Positions 1-9,877 of a stretch of 58,718 bases of DNA are shown one piece after another. The stretch covers positions 1 to 58,718 of the forward strand of contig JACRCC010000037.1 of assembly GCA_016234405.1 (NCBI GenBank), given 5' to 3'. Within the stretch, counting starts at the first letter, position 1, and the number at the start of each line of letters is the position of its first letter. The position numbers were made by a program, and so were the translations under genes. This stretch comes from Deltaproteobacteria bacterium. GTDB lineage: Bacteria > Desulfobacterota > GWC2-55-46. The notes under the pieces were generated by a model. It searched no databases. It was not told the DNA's origin and saw only the letters and a program-made list of their open reading frames with translations.

Positions 1-1224
1 ATCCTCATAGGCGACGGCATGGGGGACTACCCCATCGAGTCGCTCGGCAACAAGACCCCGCTCGAATTCGCCAAGACCCCTAATATGGATTCGCTTGCCG
101 CTTCGGGCAGGTTTGGGCTTTTCGCCACGGTGCCAAAGGGGTATCCCCCGGGCAGCGACGTTGCCAACCTGTCCATCCTCGGTTACGCTCCCGCCAAATA
201 CTACACCGGGCGCGCCCCGCTCGAGGCCGCGTCAATCGGGGTTAAACTCGAACCAAAAGACATCGCCTTCAGGTGCAACCTCGTTACGCTCGCGGACAAA
301 AACGGGGTTGTAATAATGGACGACTACAGCTCCGGCCACATCACCACCCAAGACGCGGACGGGATAATAAAATCCCTTGACGCGGCCCTCAAAAAACAAG
401 GCGATATCCGTTTTTACACGGGCACGAGCTACAGGCACTTGATGGTCTGGAAGCAGGGGCCAAAGGACATAAAGACCACGCCGCCGCACGACATATCGGA
501 TAAGGACATTGCCGCCCATCTGCCCAAAGGCGAGATGTCCGATAAATTCGCCGCCCTGATGAAGGCGTCTCAGGAGATATTAAAAGACCACCCTGTGAAT
601 AAAAGGCGCGTCGCCGACGGCAAAAAACCCGCTACGTCCATCTGGCTCTGGGGACAAGGCATTGCCCCCTCCATGCCGACCTTCAAAGACCGCTTTGGCG
701 TAAGCGGCGCGATAATCTCCGCGGTAGACCTAATGAAGGGCATCGGCATATACGCGGGGCTTGAAGTTTTAAAAGTGCCGGGCGTTACCGGCTATATTGA
801 CACCAACTACAAGGGCAAGGCCGAATACTGCCTCGCGGCGCTTGAGAAAAAAGATTTCGTCTGCGTGCACGTGGAGGCCCCGGACGAGGCCGGACACAAC
901 GGCAACCTGAAAGACAAGCTCAAGGCAATAGAGGACTTCGACCGGGAGGTCGTAGGCCGGGTATTGGCGGGCTTGAAAAAATTCAACGACTATACCGTAA
1001 TGACCTTGACGGACCACCCCACACCGATTAGCCTCAAGACCCACACGTCCGACCCCGTGCCGTTTGCGCTTTATAAAACAGGGGCAATCGCGCGCAAAAA
1101 ACACGGCGTGAAATTCTGCGAGAAAGAGGCCGGGCAAACAGGCGTCCTCATCGAGGACTGCCATGCGCTCATCGAGGAGTTCTTTGGAAAGGGCCGCACC
1201 GAGACCGTGAGCGGCTTGAAATAA
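1..1224 (+). CDS. apgM: Cofactor-independent phosphoglycerate mutase, ApgM type (5' end truncated by the window)
   Basis: Frame is open from base 1 (ILIGDGMGDYP). Motifs PGSDVANLSILGY, YTGRAPLEAA, HVEAPDEAGH and DHPTP. Confidence 0.93.
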   Translation: MLIGDGMGDYPIESLGNKTPLEFAKTPNMDSLAASGRFGLFATVPKGYPPGSDVANLSILGYAPAKYYTGRAPLEAASIGVKLEPKDIAFRCNLVTLADKNGVVIMDDYSSGHITTQDADGIIKSLDAALKKQGDIRFYTGTSYRHLMVWKQGPKDIKTTPPHDISDKDIAAHLPKGEMSDKFAALMKASQEILKDHPVNKRRVADGKKPATSIWLWGQGIAPSMPTFKDRFGVSGAIISAVDLMKGIGIYAGLEVLKVPGVTGYIDTNYKGKAEYCLAALEKKDFVCVHVEAPDEAGHNGNLKDKLKAIEDFDREVVGRVLAGLKKFNDYTVMTLTDHPTPISLKTHTSDPVPFALYKTGAIARKKHGVKFCEKEAGQTGVLIEDCHALIEEFFGKGRTETVSGLK

Positions 1225-1250
1225 AAAGTATAATGGACACGCAATAATTC

Positions 1251-1284
1251 GGGCTTCAGACCCGCTCTGAAGCCCTTGTTTTTT
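1251..1284 (+). terminator. Probable intrinsic terminator after apgM
   Basis: GGGCTTCAGA-loop-TCTGAAGCCC followed by a T-rich run. Confidence 0.6.
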
Positions 1285-1292
1285 ATAAACGA

Positions 1293-2096
1293 ATGAAAAA
1301 AACCTTTCTTTATGCAGCCATAATAATTACTGCGGCAATCGCCGCAGGCGCGTTTACCTTCTACCTCCTCATGCCGGACGCATCGGAATTCAAGGCCAAA
1401 AATCCGCAAAAGACCTCCTTGATGACGCACAGGGAACTTACGTGGAAGGCAAAAGGCCAAAAAAAAATAGCAGCGCACAGATGGGCTGCATTGCCCGATA
1501 TTTCCCCCTACCTCATAAAGGCCGTCATAATCTCCGAAGACGACAGGTTTTGGGAACACGCGGGATTCGATTACGGCGGCATGAAAGAAGCGATGGAGAA
1601 GAATTTAAAATCCGGCAAATTCCGGGCCGGCGGCTCCACCATAAGCCAGCAGCTCGCAAAAAACCTGTATCTCACGCCTGAGAGGACGTTTTTCAGAAAA
1701 ATAAAAGAGGCGGTCATCACATGGAAGATGGAGCGGACGCTTGCGAAGAGGCGCATACTTGAGCTGTATCTGAACGCCGTGGAATGGGGCGACGGCGTTT
1801 TCGGCGCTGAGGCGGCCTCGAATTTTTATTTCGGCAAAAGGGCGTCTGAGCTTACCCCCATCGAGGCCGCAAGACTTGCGGCAACGCTGCCAAGCCCTAA
1901 GAGGCTCAACCCCGCCGGAGACCAGCCATACCTTCTAAACAGGGCCGAGATAATCCACGAGATAATGGTCAAACGCGGCATCGTTGCGCCGGAATTTGAA
2001 ATTGAAAACGGGGATACGCCGGGAGAATCGCCCGTGCTTACCCCTCCTGACGCCGGAGCCGGTAATACGCCTCCAACCGGGCCAGACGCCAATTGA
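1293..2096 (+). CDS. mtgA: Monofunctional peptidoglycan transglycosylase (GT51)
   Basis: N-terminal TM helix. GT51 motifs SEDDRFWEHAGFD, GGSTISQQLAKNLYL, RKIKE and ILELYLN. No transpeptidase domain. Confidence 0.92.
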   Translation: MKKTFLYAAIIITAAIAAGAFTFYLLMPDASEFKAKNPQKTSLMTHRELTWKAKGQKKIAAHRWAALPDISPYLIKAVIISEDDRFWEHAGFDYGGMKEAMEKNLKSGKFRAGGSTISQQLAKNLYLTPERTFFRKIKEAVITWKMERTLAKRRILELYLNAVEWGDGVFGAEAASNFYFGKRASELTPIEAARLAATLPSPKRLNPAGDQPYLLNRAEIIHEIMVKRGIVAPEFEIENGDTPGESPVLTPPDAGAGNTPPTGPDAN

Positions 2097-2161
2097 ATAA
2101 TGCCCTGCCCGTTAAGAAAATCGTTTTAGATTTCCGAAAGTTGCGCTATAATCATAGAAGT

Positions 2162-2722
2162 ATGGCTCTCCTCAATATACTCAAATACCCAGACCCCTTC
2201 CTCGCCGTAAAAGCGGCCCGCGTGGAGACCGTTGACGACGGCATAAAAACGCTCATCGCGGACATGACCGAGACCATGTACCACGCAAGGGGCATCGGGC
2301 TGGCGGCCACGCAGGTCAACGTGGCCAAAATGGTCGTGGTGCTCGACGTGCCCGACGAAGAGATACCTCCCCTCGAAGGCGAGGTTAAAGAGACCGGCTA
2401 CAAACGCGGGAAAAACCTCATCGCGCTCATAAACCCGGAAATACTCGTTGCAGAAGGCTCGATAAAATTCGAGGAAGGGTGCCTCTCCCTGCCGGGCGAG
2501 ACCGCCGAGGTGGAGAGGGCTACACACGTCAAGGCGCGCGCCATCAATCAAAAAGGGCAGGACGTGGAGTTCGAGGCCGCGGGCCTCTTCGCCATCGCCG
2601 TGCAGCACGAGATAGACCACTTGAACGGAATACTCTTCATAGACAGGCTCTCGCGCCTCAAAAGGGAATTCATAAAACGCAGACTAAAAAAGGCCCATGA
2701 GGCCGCTGTCCGCGCGCTGTAA
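2162..2722 (+). CDS. def: Peptide deformylase
   Basis: GIGLAATQV, EGCLS and QHEIDHLNG motifs. Start set at ATG 2162 (MALLNILKYPDP). Confidence 0.97.
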   Translation: MALLNILKYPDPFLAVKAARVETVDDGIKTLIADMTETMYHARGIGLAATQVNVAKMVVVLDVPDEEIPPLEGEVKETGYKRGKNLIALINPEILVAEGSIKFEEGCLSLPGETAEVERATHVKARAINQKGQDVEFEAAGLFAIAVQHEIDHLNGILFIDRLSRLKREFIKRRLKKAHEAAVRAL

Positions 2723-2739
2723 TCATACAGGGGGCGTTT

Positions 2740-3678
2740 TTGAAGATTATCTTCATGGGCACGCCTGCGTTTGCACTCCCTTCGTTTGAGGCGCTCGTAG
2801 AGGCCGGGCACGAGGTTGCAGCCGTGGTAACGCAGCCCGATAAGCCCGTTGGCAGGGGTCTTGAAAACCGTCCTTCACCGGTTAAACAGGCGGCTGAAAA
2901 ACGCGCAATACCTGCGCTTACCCCCGTCAAAATACATGAGCGGGGTTTTGTCGAAAGGTTAAAAAGTTTAAAGCCCGATTGCATTGTGGTTGTTGCATAC
3001 GGTAAGATACTGCCGGAGGACGCGCTCGGCATCCCGCCCCTTGGGTGCATAAACGTCCACGCCTCGCTCCTGCCGAAATACAGGGGCGCGGCGCCCGTGA
3101 ACCGCGCGATAATAAACGGGGAGCGTGAAACGGGCGTGTGCACCATGCTCCTGGACAAGGGCATGGACACCGGGCCGGTCTTCCTCTGCGAGAGCACGCC
3201 CATCGGCGAGGATGAGACTTTTGCCTCTCTCTATGAGAGGCTCTCAAAACTCGGGGCAGCGCTGCTCGTAAAGACGCTCGGACTCGTGGAAAAGGGCAAG
3301 ATAACGCCCTCGGCGCAGGACGAAAAAAAAGCGTCTTATGCGCCCATGCTCAAAAAATCAGACGGCTTGATTGATTGGGCAAAGGACGCCGTTGCGATAA
3401 AAAACCTCGTGGCCGGCGTTTGCCCTTGGCCCGGGGCTTTTACGCATTGGAATAAAAAAACCTTAAAGATACATACCGGAGGCGCGGCCCATTGGGATAA
3501 CATCCCAACGGATGCAATGCCCGGCACGGTCATCTTGGCGTCAAACGGCCGGATAATCGTAAAATGCGGCAAAGGCGCGTTTGAGATGCGGGAACTTCAG
3601 CCGGAAAATAAAAACCGCATGGGCGCAACGGATTTCCTGAAGGGTTACAGGCTCAAAGAGGGAGAACGGTTTGAATAG
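2740..3678 (+). CDS. fmt: Methionyl-tRNA formyltransferase
   Basis: KIIFMGTPAFA, VVTQPDKP and INVHASLLPKYRGAAP. Follows def. Confidence 0.97.
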   Translation: MKIIFMGTPAFALPSFEALVEAGHEVAAVVTQPDKPVGRGLENRPSPVKQAAEKRAIPALTPVKIHERGFVERLKSLKPDCIVVVAYGKILPEDALGIPPLGCINVHASLLPKYRGAAPVNRAIINGERETGVCTMLLDKGMDTGPVFLCESTPIGEDETFASLYERLSKLGAALLVKTLGLVEKGKITPSAQDEKKASYAPMLKKSDGLIDWAKDAVAIKNLVAGVCPWPGAFTHWNKKTLKIHTGGAAHWDNIPTDAMPGTVILASNGRIIVKCGKGAFEMRELQPENKNRMGATDFLKGYRLKEGERFE

Positions 3679-4477
3679 CAACGAAGAAAAATGGACAGGA
3701 AGTCCTGAGAGCGTGCCATATAACCCCGGCAGAGGCGCGTTCGCGGCGCTCATGGCATTCTCCGCCGTCGGCTTGATATTGGCCGGGTTTCTCTTTTGGG
3801 TTATCCCGACCATTGGGCTTTCCAACATCCATCCGATGCTCCCGTATGTTACGGGCGGGATACTCGCCGCCGGCAGCCTTGTGCTCGCCGGCGGCGCGAT
3901 ACTCATAACCATAGCGGCCATCAAGGGAAAATTCCTATTCTACTCTCCGTGGTTCAGGGGTCTGCTCGTAAAAGTCTTTTTGCCGCTCATGATAATGGCC
4001 GGCGGCATACTGAGGATTCCGAGGATAAAGATAGAGCAGGCGTTCATTGACCTCAATAACCAGATGGTCAAGCTCATGGGCAGAAAGTTCAAGCCCGAAA
4101 AACTCCTGATACTCATGCCGCACTGCATACAGTTCGACAACTGCAAGATAAAGGTTACGCGGAACGTCAGAAACTGCGTTGGATGCGGCAAATGCGAAAT
4201 AGGTGAACTCGTCTCTCTCTCGGACGAGTTCGGGATAACGCTCTACATTTCCACCGGCGGCACAGTGGCAAGGAGAAAGGTCTACGAAGAGCGGCCTGAC
4301 GCGGTCATAGCCGTGGCGTGCGAGCGCGACCTCACGAGCGGGGTGCAAGACGCCTATCCGCTGCCCGTGCTGGCCATCGTCAACAAAAGGCCGCGGGGCT
4401 ACTGCATGGAAACGGGCGTTGCCATCGAAGAGGTCAGGCAAGCCATCGTGGAGCTTATGCCGGCCGTTGGGGCTTGA
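3671..4477 (+). CDS. DUF116-family membrane protein with Cys cluster
   Basis: TM N-terminus, then LMPHCIQ, CVGCGKC, TGGT and VACERDL motifs. Confidence 0.8.
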   Translation: MNSNEEKWTGSPESVPYNPGRGAFAALMAFSAVGLILAGFLFWVIPTIGLSNIHPMLPYVTGGILAAGSLVLAGGAILITIAAIKGKFLFYSPWFRGLLVKVFLPLMIMAGGILRIPRIKIEQAFIDLNNQMVKLMGRKFKPEKLLILMPHCIQFDNCKIKVTRNVRNCVGCGKCEIGELVSLSDEFGITLYISTGGTVARRKVYEERPDAVIAVACERDLTSGVQDAYPLPVLAIVNKRPRGYCMETGVAIEEVRQAIVELMPAVGA

Positions 4478-4522
4478 CAGGACGGAGTCTTTTTGCCATA
4501 CGATTATTATATACTGACGACT

Positions 4523-4711
4523 GTAGCTCAGGGTTTAGATGAGCAATTCCTTTTCCCCCTCCCCTTATGATGAACGCTTCCTTATCCCCCTCCTCCCTCG
4601 CGGGGGAGGGCAGGGTGGGGGCGGGAGAGACGGGTAACGGATGTAAAGACATGCTAAGGCATGTCTTTACGGGTGGGGGCAGCCCTGATATAATCAGACC
4701 GGTCTGAGCTA
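4523..4711. repeat. Nested composite palindromic (REP-like) element
   Basis: Outer GTAGCTCAGGG...AGCCCTGA...CTGAGCTAC. Inner CCTCCCTCGCGGGGGAGG. Innermost hairpin GTAAAGACATGC/GCATGTCTTTAC between two copies of GGGTGGGGGC. Related copy at 33185-33278. Confidence 0.75.
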
Positions 4712-4740
4712 CTATTCGATTAACGGGAGGACTTTGATAA

Positions 4741-5610
4741 ATGAACTACCTTAAAACAGCCGCGCTTCTCGCGGCGCTTACAGTTTTTCTGATATTCATC
4801 GGCGGCATAATCGGCGGCAGAGGCGGCGCAATCGTCGCGTTGATAATGGCCGGCGTCATGAACTTCGTAACATACTGGTGGAGCGACAAAATCGTGCTGA
4901 GGATGTACGGCGCAAAAGAGGTTGGCGTGTCCGAGGCCCCGACTCTTTACGGGATAGTGAGAGACCTTACCATGAAGGCCGGTATGCCCATGCCCAAGGT
5001 CTACACGATGGACTCGGACGCGCCCAACGCCTTTGCAACCGGCAGAAACCCGTCCCACGCGGCAGTTGCCGTCACGACCGGCATCATGAAGTTCCTCAGT
5101 AAAGAAGAACTCATGGGCGTCATGGGCCACGAACTCGCGCACATAAAGCACAGGGACATCTTGATAGCGACCGTGGCTGCGACCATTGCCGGGGCAATAA
5201 GTTATATGTCGCACATGGCCTACTACGCCTCTTTCTTCGGTGGGGGAGACCGCGACGACGACAGGGGATCCAACCCGCTGGTCGGGATAGTCATGATGAT
5301 AGTCGCGCCAATAGCGGCAATGGTGATACAGATGGCGATATCACGTTCACGCGAGTACGTCGCGGATGACGGAGGGGCCGCGATTGCCGGCAACCCGCTC
5401 TACCTCGCAAACGCCCTCAGAAAGCTCGACTACTACAACAAAAAAATACCCTTGGATGGCGTGAATCAGGCCACGTCGCACCTTTTCATCGTAAGCCCCG
5501 TAAGCAATCTGAGCGGCGGCGGTCTTGTGAAACTCTTCAGCACGCATCCTCCGATAGAGGAGCGGATACGGCGGCTTGAAGGCATGGTCGGGCTAGCCGG
5601 GATGCGCTGA
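4741..5610 (+). CDS. htpX: Zinc metalloprotease HtpX (M48)
   Basis: [15 protein letters not shown] zinc motif, SRSREY and FSTHPP. GGGAGG SD upstream. Confidence 0.96.
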   Translation: MNYLKTAALLAALTVFLIFIGGIIGGRGGAIVALIMAGVMNFVTYWWSDKIVLRMYGAKEVGVSEAPTLYGIVRDLTMKAGMPMPKVYTMDSDAPNAFATGRNPSHAAVAVTTGIMKFLSKEELMGVMGHELAHIKHRDILIATVAATIAGAISYMSHMAYYASFFGGGDRDDDRGSNPLVGIVMMIVAPIAAMVIQMAISRSREYVADDGGAAIAGNPLYLANALRKLDYYNKKIPLDGVNQATSHLFIVSPVSNLSGGGLVKLFSTHPPIEERIRRLEGMVGLAGMR

Positions 5611-5637
5611 GGCGTTATCATCATAGGCGTTTAGCGG

Positions 5638-5676
5638 AAAAGGGGCTTAAACCGTCAGGTTTAAGCCCCTTTTTTT
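5638..5676. terminator. Bidirectional intrinsic terminator
   Basis: AAAAGGGGCTTAAACC-GTCA-GGTTTAAGCCCCTTTTTTT between convergent genes. Confidence 0.85.
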
Positions 5677-5710
5677 GCGCCGCAATCATGCGCCACATCC
5701 AAGCCGCAGT

Positions 5711-8320
5711 TCAGGGTTTTAGCCCTGACTTAATCTCTTTTCTCAACGCCTTTGCATAAGCGGCCGCTTCTCTATTCTCAGGATTTTTCTCAAGCGCCTT
5801 TTCAAACAACTTCAGCGACTGATGCAGCCTGAAGTTATACTTGTTGTAACTCTTACCGAGGTCGGCATAAAACGACTCCTTTTCCCCCTCGGCCATTTCT
5901 ACGGGCGGCGCCGGGTCTTTCACGAGGGTAAGTATGTCTTCGATATTTTTGACGCCAACGCCCGGGTCCATGTACATGCGTTTGGGCAGCATGAACTCAA
6001 GATACGGGCGCTCGTCCGTATTTAAGGCCGCGCCTTTCAAGTATTCGCGCGCGTCTGCGTTGCCCATCAAGTATGTTGCGAAGACGTCATACGGATCTTT
6101 CAGTCCTATCTTCAAAAGTCCCTCCCTGACCATCCCCCCCTCCGGCGAGAAAATCTTTTTCAATCTTTCCAAATCGAGCGCATGCGGGGTCTTGGATGCC
6201 ATGACCACGAGATCGAGCGAATCCGTATAGTGAAACCATACGCTCACGTGCGGGAAGACGTCCGCAATGGTGTTGAGACCGGCCTTCAACTCCTCATGTG
6301 TTATCCTGTAGTTTTGAAACCATACGGCCGCCACGCCGTTTGCGTTGAGCTTATCCTTGACCTCGCTGAAGTACTCACGCGTAAAGAGGTTTGAGACGCC
6401 GGTTATCCACGGGTCGGAGACGCCGGACACTATGATGTCGTATTTTTTCTTCCCTGAAAAAAGAAAACCCCTGCCGTCGGTAACGTGGAGTTTCACGCGC
6501 GGGTCGGCCAGAGCGTTGCCGTTGGATTCCAAAAAAAAACCGGACGCCTCGACGACCGCAGACTCAAGTTCGATAACGTCGAAATTCTTGATAGGGTGAT
6601 GCGTCATTGCCCCGAGCGTTATGCCTGAGCCAAGCCCCACGACGAGCGCGTCCTGCGGGATACCCCCGTGCAAAAGCGCTGGCAGGTGTCCGAGGAGGGC
6701 CCACGCCGCGGACGGACGTCCGTCAACGGCGCGCGCCTCTTGCTTGCCGTTTGCCTGATACGCAACAGAGTCCGCCGACTTCCTCACGGTTATCACCGCG
6801 TTTATGCCCTCGCGGTAATAGACAAGCTCCCCGGCGGAGGCCGCCTTTGTTATTTCTTCAACCGTCTTGCCGGAGGCCTGGTTCACGTAAAGGCCGAGCG
6901 TCATGAGCGTCTTTTCCCATCGAGGCAGCATGAGCGCGGAAACGGCAAACGCGGCAACGAAGACGGCTGCGGCAACGGCCTTTACGGCGGCGCGCTCCGT
7001 TGAAACGAAGATTATCAAAACAGCCAGAGCAACGTTGAGGGCGGCCGTGATAACGACCCCTGCCTGGACCCCGATGAGCGGGATTATCACGAACCCGCCG
7101 ACAAAGGCGCCGAAGATGGCGCCGAAGGTGTTGAAAAAATATACTGCGCCTATGTTCCTTCCGATGGAATCAAGCCCTTTCGTATAAATCCTGCCGACGA
7201 GCGGGAATATTGCGCCCATGCAGAGGGTGGGTATTATCATCACCGCGGAGACAAGGAGGAACTGGAGGAAGAGGTAGAGCCAGAAATTCGCGCCAAAGGC
7301 CTCCTTCATGGAAAAGAGCGCGAAGGGAAGTTCTTTATAGAGGAAAATTCCTAAGAGGCTCGCAACGCCTATTATCGCCTCGAGCGACGCGAACCAGACG
7401 AGCGGGGTTTTTCTCCTGTCTATGAACGGCGCAAAGATTATGCTGCCTGCAGCTATCCCGATAAGGAACGTGGCGAGCATGACGGTAAATGCGTAGATGG
7501 AAGAACCTATTACGAGCGAGAGCACCCTTGACCACAAGACCTCATAGACGAGGCTTGCAAATCCGGACAACGTGAACGCGGCTATGACCGCCCTGTTTAT
7601 CCAACGCGACCCCTCCCCCCCCTTTGAGGTTGGCAATTCCGCATCCGTGCTTATGCCAACGCGCGGCTCCGGCTTCGCTCCCGTGCAATAGACGAGAAAA
7701 ACCGCGACGCCAACGAGTATGTCAACCGCGCCCGCGGCATATACCGTGGTCTTGACGCCTATGAAGTAGAGCGCGTAAAAACCGGTCAAAAGGCATCCCG
7801 CGACCGCGCCGAGCGTATTCACCGCATAGGGCACGGCCGTATGAAACCCCACCCTGCCGGAGCGCCCGGCAAAATACTTTACGAGCGCCGGAAACGTGCC
7901 GCCCATGAGCGTAGTCGGCACGATGAGCGCGAGAAACGACAGCATGAACTGCATTGCCTCGAACCCGGCAGCGTGAGCCGCGCTCTCTGGAACGACTGAG
8001 AGGCTCAAATAAAACCCCTTAACAGCCGAGAATATAAACGGGGAGAGGATGCAATATATGCCGAGGGCTGTCTCTATGGCCGCGTATGCCTTGAGGGGTG
8101 AGGAGAATCTGTCTATTATGCGCCCGAAGACGAGGCTGCCGAGGGCGAGTCCGGCCATGAAGGTGACGAGCACGGTCGTGACCGCGAACTGTGTGGAGCC
8201 GAAGGCAAGGATCAGGAGCCGTATCCATACAAGCTCGTAGGCAAGGCCGGTTAGGCCCGTGATGAAGAAAAAAAGGAGGATGAGGTTGTCGGGCCTGTTA
8301 TGAAGTGTTTGAGAGGACAT
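5711..8320 (-). CDS. Fused multi-TM (MFS-like)/spermidine synthase-like protein with C-terminal TPR-like helix
   Basis: Two repeated TM blocks (LAYELVWIRLL..., LVYEVLWSRVL...), VVGLGSG SAM-binding motif, DPW...NLFTREYF. Start set at MSSQTL; the longer ORF overlaps the divergent promoter. Confidence 0.85.
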   Translation of the reverse strand: MSSQTLHNRPDNLILLFFFITGLTGLAYELVWIRLLILAFGSTQFAVTTVLVTFMAGLALGSLVFGRIIDRFSSPLKAYAAIETALGIYCILSPFIFSAVKGFYLSLSVVPESAAHAAGFEAMQFMLSFLALIVPTTLMGGTFPALVKYFAGRSGRVGFHTAVPYAVNTLGAVAGCLLTGFYALYFIGVKTTVYAAGAVDILVGVAVFLVYCTGAKPEPRVGISTDAELPTSKGGEGSRWINRAVIAAFTLSGFASLVYEVLWSRVLSLVIGSSIYAFTVMLATFLIGIAAGSIIFAPFIDRRKTPLVWFASLEAIIGVASLLGIFLYKELPFALFSMKEAFGANFWLYLFLQFLLVSAVMIIPTLCMGAIFPLVGRIYTKGLDSIGRNIGAVYFFNTFGAIFGAFVGGFVIIPLIGVQAGVVITAALNVALAVLIIFVSTERAAVKAVAAAVFVAAFAVSALMLPRWEKTLMTLGLYVNQASGKTVEEITKAASAGELVYYREGINAVITVRKSADSVAYQANGKQEARAVDGRPSAAWALLGHLPALLHGGIPQDALVVGLGSGITLGAMTHHPIKNFDVIELESAVVEASGFFLESNGNALADPRVKLHVTDGRGFLFSGKKKYDIIVSGVSDPWITGVSNLFTREYFSEVKDKLNANGVAAVWFQNYRITHEELKAGLNTIADVFPHVSVWFHYTDSLDLVVMASKTPHALDLERLKKIFSPEGGMVREGLLKIGLKDPYDVFATYLMGNADAREYLKGAALNTDERPYLEFMLPKRMYMDPGVGVKNIEDILTLVKDPAPPVEMAEGEKESFYADLGKSYNKYNFRLHQSLKLFEKALEKNPENREAAAYAKALRKEIKSGLKP

Positions 8321-8458
8321 TGGAGACAAGGGTTCCGCTCCCGCTCGGAGGGCGCGGGGATATTTTTTCAGCCTGACTCGGAGAAAGAATACTACCACAA
8401 AAGAGGGAAGTGTAGAAGCGGAAAAGGCCGACGCCGGAGCGATTTTGCGCGCAATACG

Positions 8459-8493
8459 TTGACAACGACTTGGGTGTGGCATATAATGCCTCA
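8459..8493 (+). promoter_or_regulatory. Consensus sigma70 promoter with an operator palindrome over the -10
   Basis: TTGACA(8459)-17 bp-TATAAT(8482). TGTGGCAT-ATA-ATGCCTCA inverted repeat at 8475-8493. Confidence 0.8.
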
Positions 8494-8517
8494 TATATTC
8501 AGATTGGAGGAAGGAAC

Positions 8518-8895
8518 ATGAAGATTAAGCACATTACTCTCAAGGTAAAGACGCTTGACGAAATGGCGGCGGACTTCAAGCGCGCGTGGAAGGAGGCGGG
8601 CAAAGGCAAATCCGTTCGTGAGGCCGCCGAGACCGTCTGCTTCGACAGCGTGGAGGATATGCACAAGTTCCTCTCGCCGGAGAGGATACGGCTTTTAAAG
8701 ACGGTGCATGAAAAAACCCCCAAGTCCATATATGAGCTTGCGAGGATGCTCGACCGGGACAGGAAGAACGTAACCGAGGACGTCAAGATGCTTGAGGCCG
8801 TCGGCCTCATTGAAAGAAAGGCCGCCAAACGCGGCAAGGAGAAGGTGGAACTCGTCGTCGACTACGACAGGATACAGATGGATATCGCGGTGTAG
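8518..8895 (+). CDS. HVO_A0114-like winged-HTH DNA-binding protein (antitoxin-like)
   Basis: FDSVEDMHKFLSPERIRLL...SIYELARMLDRDRKNVTEDVKMLEAVGLIE. GGAGG SD before ATG 8518. Confidence 0.75.
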   Translation: MKIKHITLKVKTLDEMAADFKRAWKEAGKGKSVREAAETVCFDSVEDMHKFLSPERIRLLKTVHEKTPKSIYELARMLDRDRKNVTEDVKMLEAVGLIERKAAKRGKEKVELVVDYDRIQMDIAV

Positions 8896-9065
8896 AAGGT
8901 TTGGGCGGAGATGGCGGGGCGAACCTTACCTGCATAGACTTGACGCCCGGACGAAACTGGGTTTATAATGACCTCACGGATTCGGGCGTCAGTGAGGGTT
9001 GAAGCAACGGGCGTGAGCCGCCACACTGCGCTTGGCATTTACAGCTTAAGAGTACTTCATCCCAC

Positions 9066-9094
9066 TTGACTAATAACCTATTATGGGTTATTCT
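9066..9094 (+). promoter_or_regulatory. MTase promoter with a palindromic operator in the spacer
   Basis: TTGACT(9066)-17 bp-TATTCT(9089). AATAACC-N7-GGTTATT at 9072-9092. Confidence 0.7.
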
Positions 9095-9100
9095 TTAATT

Positions 9101-9877
9101 ATGAAAATTCAGACACTTTTACCTTTTGACTCTGAAAAAAATAAAAAAAAGCGTATCCAAGGGGGTGAGGCAACTACTGACTTGGTGCTTTCAGCTTACT
9201 TGGGAAACAATGCAGATGTTTTTCCAAAAATATTGGCGTTGCATGTGCCAAATGGTGTTCGTATTGCCGATGTCACCTATGGTAATGGCGTTTTCTGGCG
9301 TAACGTTGATATGACCAACTATGTACTTCTCCCAACAGACATCTCAGACGGTGTAGATTGTCGTGCACTACCTTACGAAAATGCTTCGCTTGACGCTGTA
9401 GTGCTCGATCCTCCCTATATGGAAGGATTTTTCCGTCCTGAAGTCGGACACAAAGCTGCCGGTGGTTCGCATTCGACTTTCCGCAACTATTACAGCAATG
9501 GTGATGAGGTTTCTCACGAAGCAAAGTGGCATGCCGCAGTGACTGATTTGTACTTCAAGGCTGGGACAGAAGCTTACCGCGTATTGAAAGATAATGGCGT
9601 GTTGATAGTAAAATGTCAGGATGAAGTGAGTGCTAATCGCCAGTGTCTCACCCATGTAGAAATTATTATCGAATATGAGAAGAAAGGTTTCTATACCAAA
9701 GATCTATTTGTTGTCGTGCGCACAAACAAGCCGGGAATTAGCAGGTTAAAAAAACAGGTCCACGCAAGAAAAAACCATAGCTATTTCTTGGTTTTTGTAA
9801 AACTGCCGGAAGGGAAGAATCATCTGCATTTCCGATCGCGTACAAAGGTATCTAAGAGCGGGAATGGATCTTCGTAA
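9101..9877 (+). CDS. Compact amino (m6A/m4C) DNA methyltransferase
   Basis: Motif I-like DVTYGNG followed by motif IV VLDPPY and [17 protein letters not shown]-rich islet. Alternative start at 9083. Confidence 0.78.
   Translation: MKIQTLLPFDSEKNKKKRIQGGEATTDLVLSAYLGNNADVFPKILALHVPNGVRIADVTYGNGVFWRNVDMTNYVLLPTDISDGVDCRALPYENASLDAVVLDPPYMEGFFRPEVGHKAAGGSHSTFRNYYSNGDEVSHEAKWHAAVTDLYFKAGTEAYRVLKDNGVLIVKCQDEVSANRQCLTHVEIIIEYEKKGFYTKDLFVVVRTNKPGISRLKKQVHARKNHSYFLVFVKLPEGKNHLHFRSRTKVSKSGNGSS

Noticed and set aside
2350-2410. Extra loop in Def (EIPPLEGEVKETGYKRGK) over a weak CCTC..GAGG hairpin
   Set aside because: This loop is naturally variable in deformylases and the palindrome is too weak to call repeat-derived.
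8321-8517. N-terminal extensions of ORFs 5711..8494 and 8470..8895
   Set aside because: They overlap each other and a consensus promoter. The downstream starts fit better.
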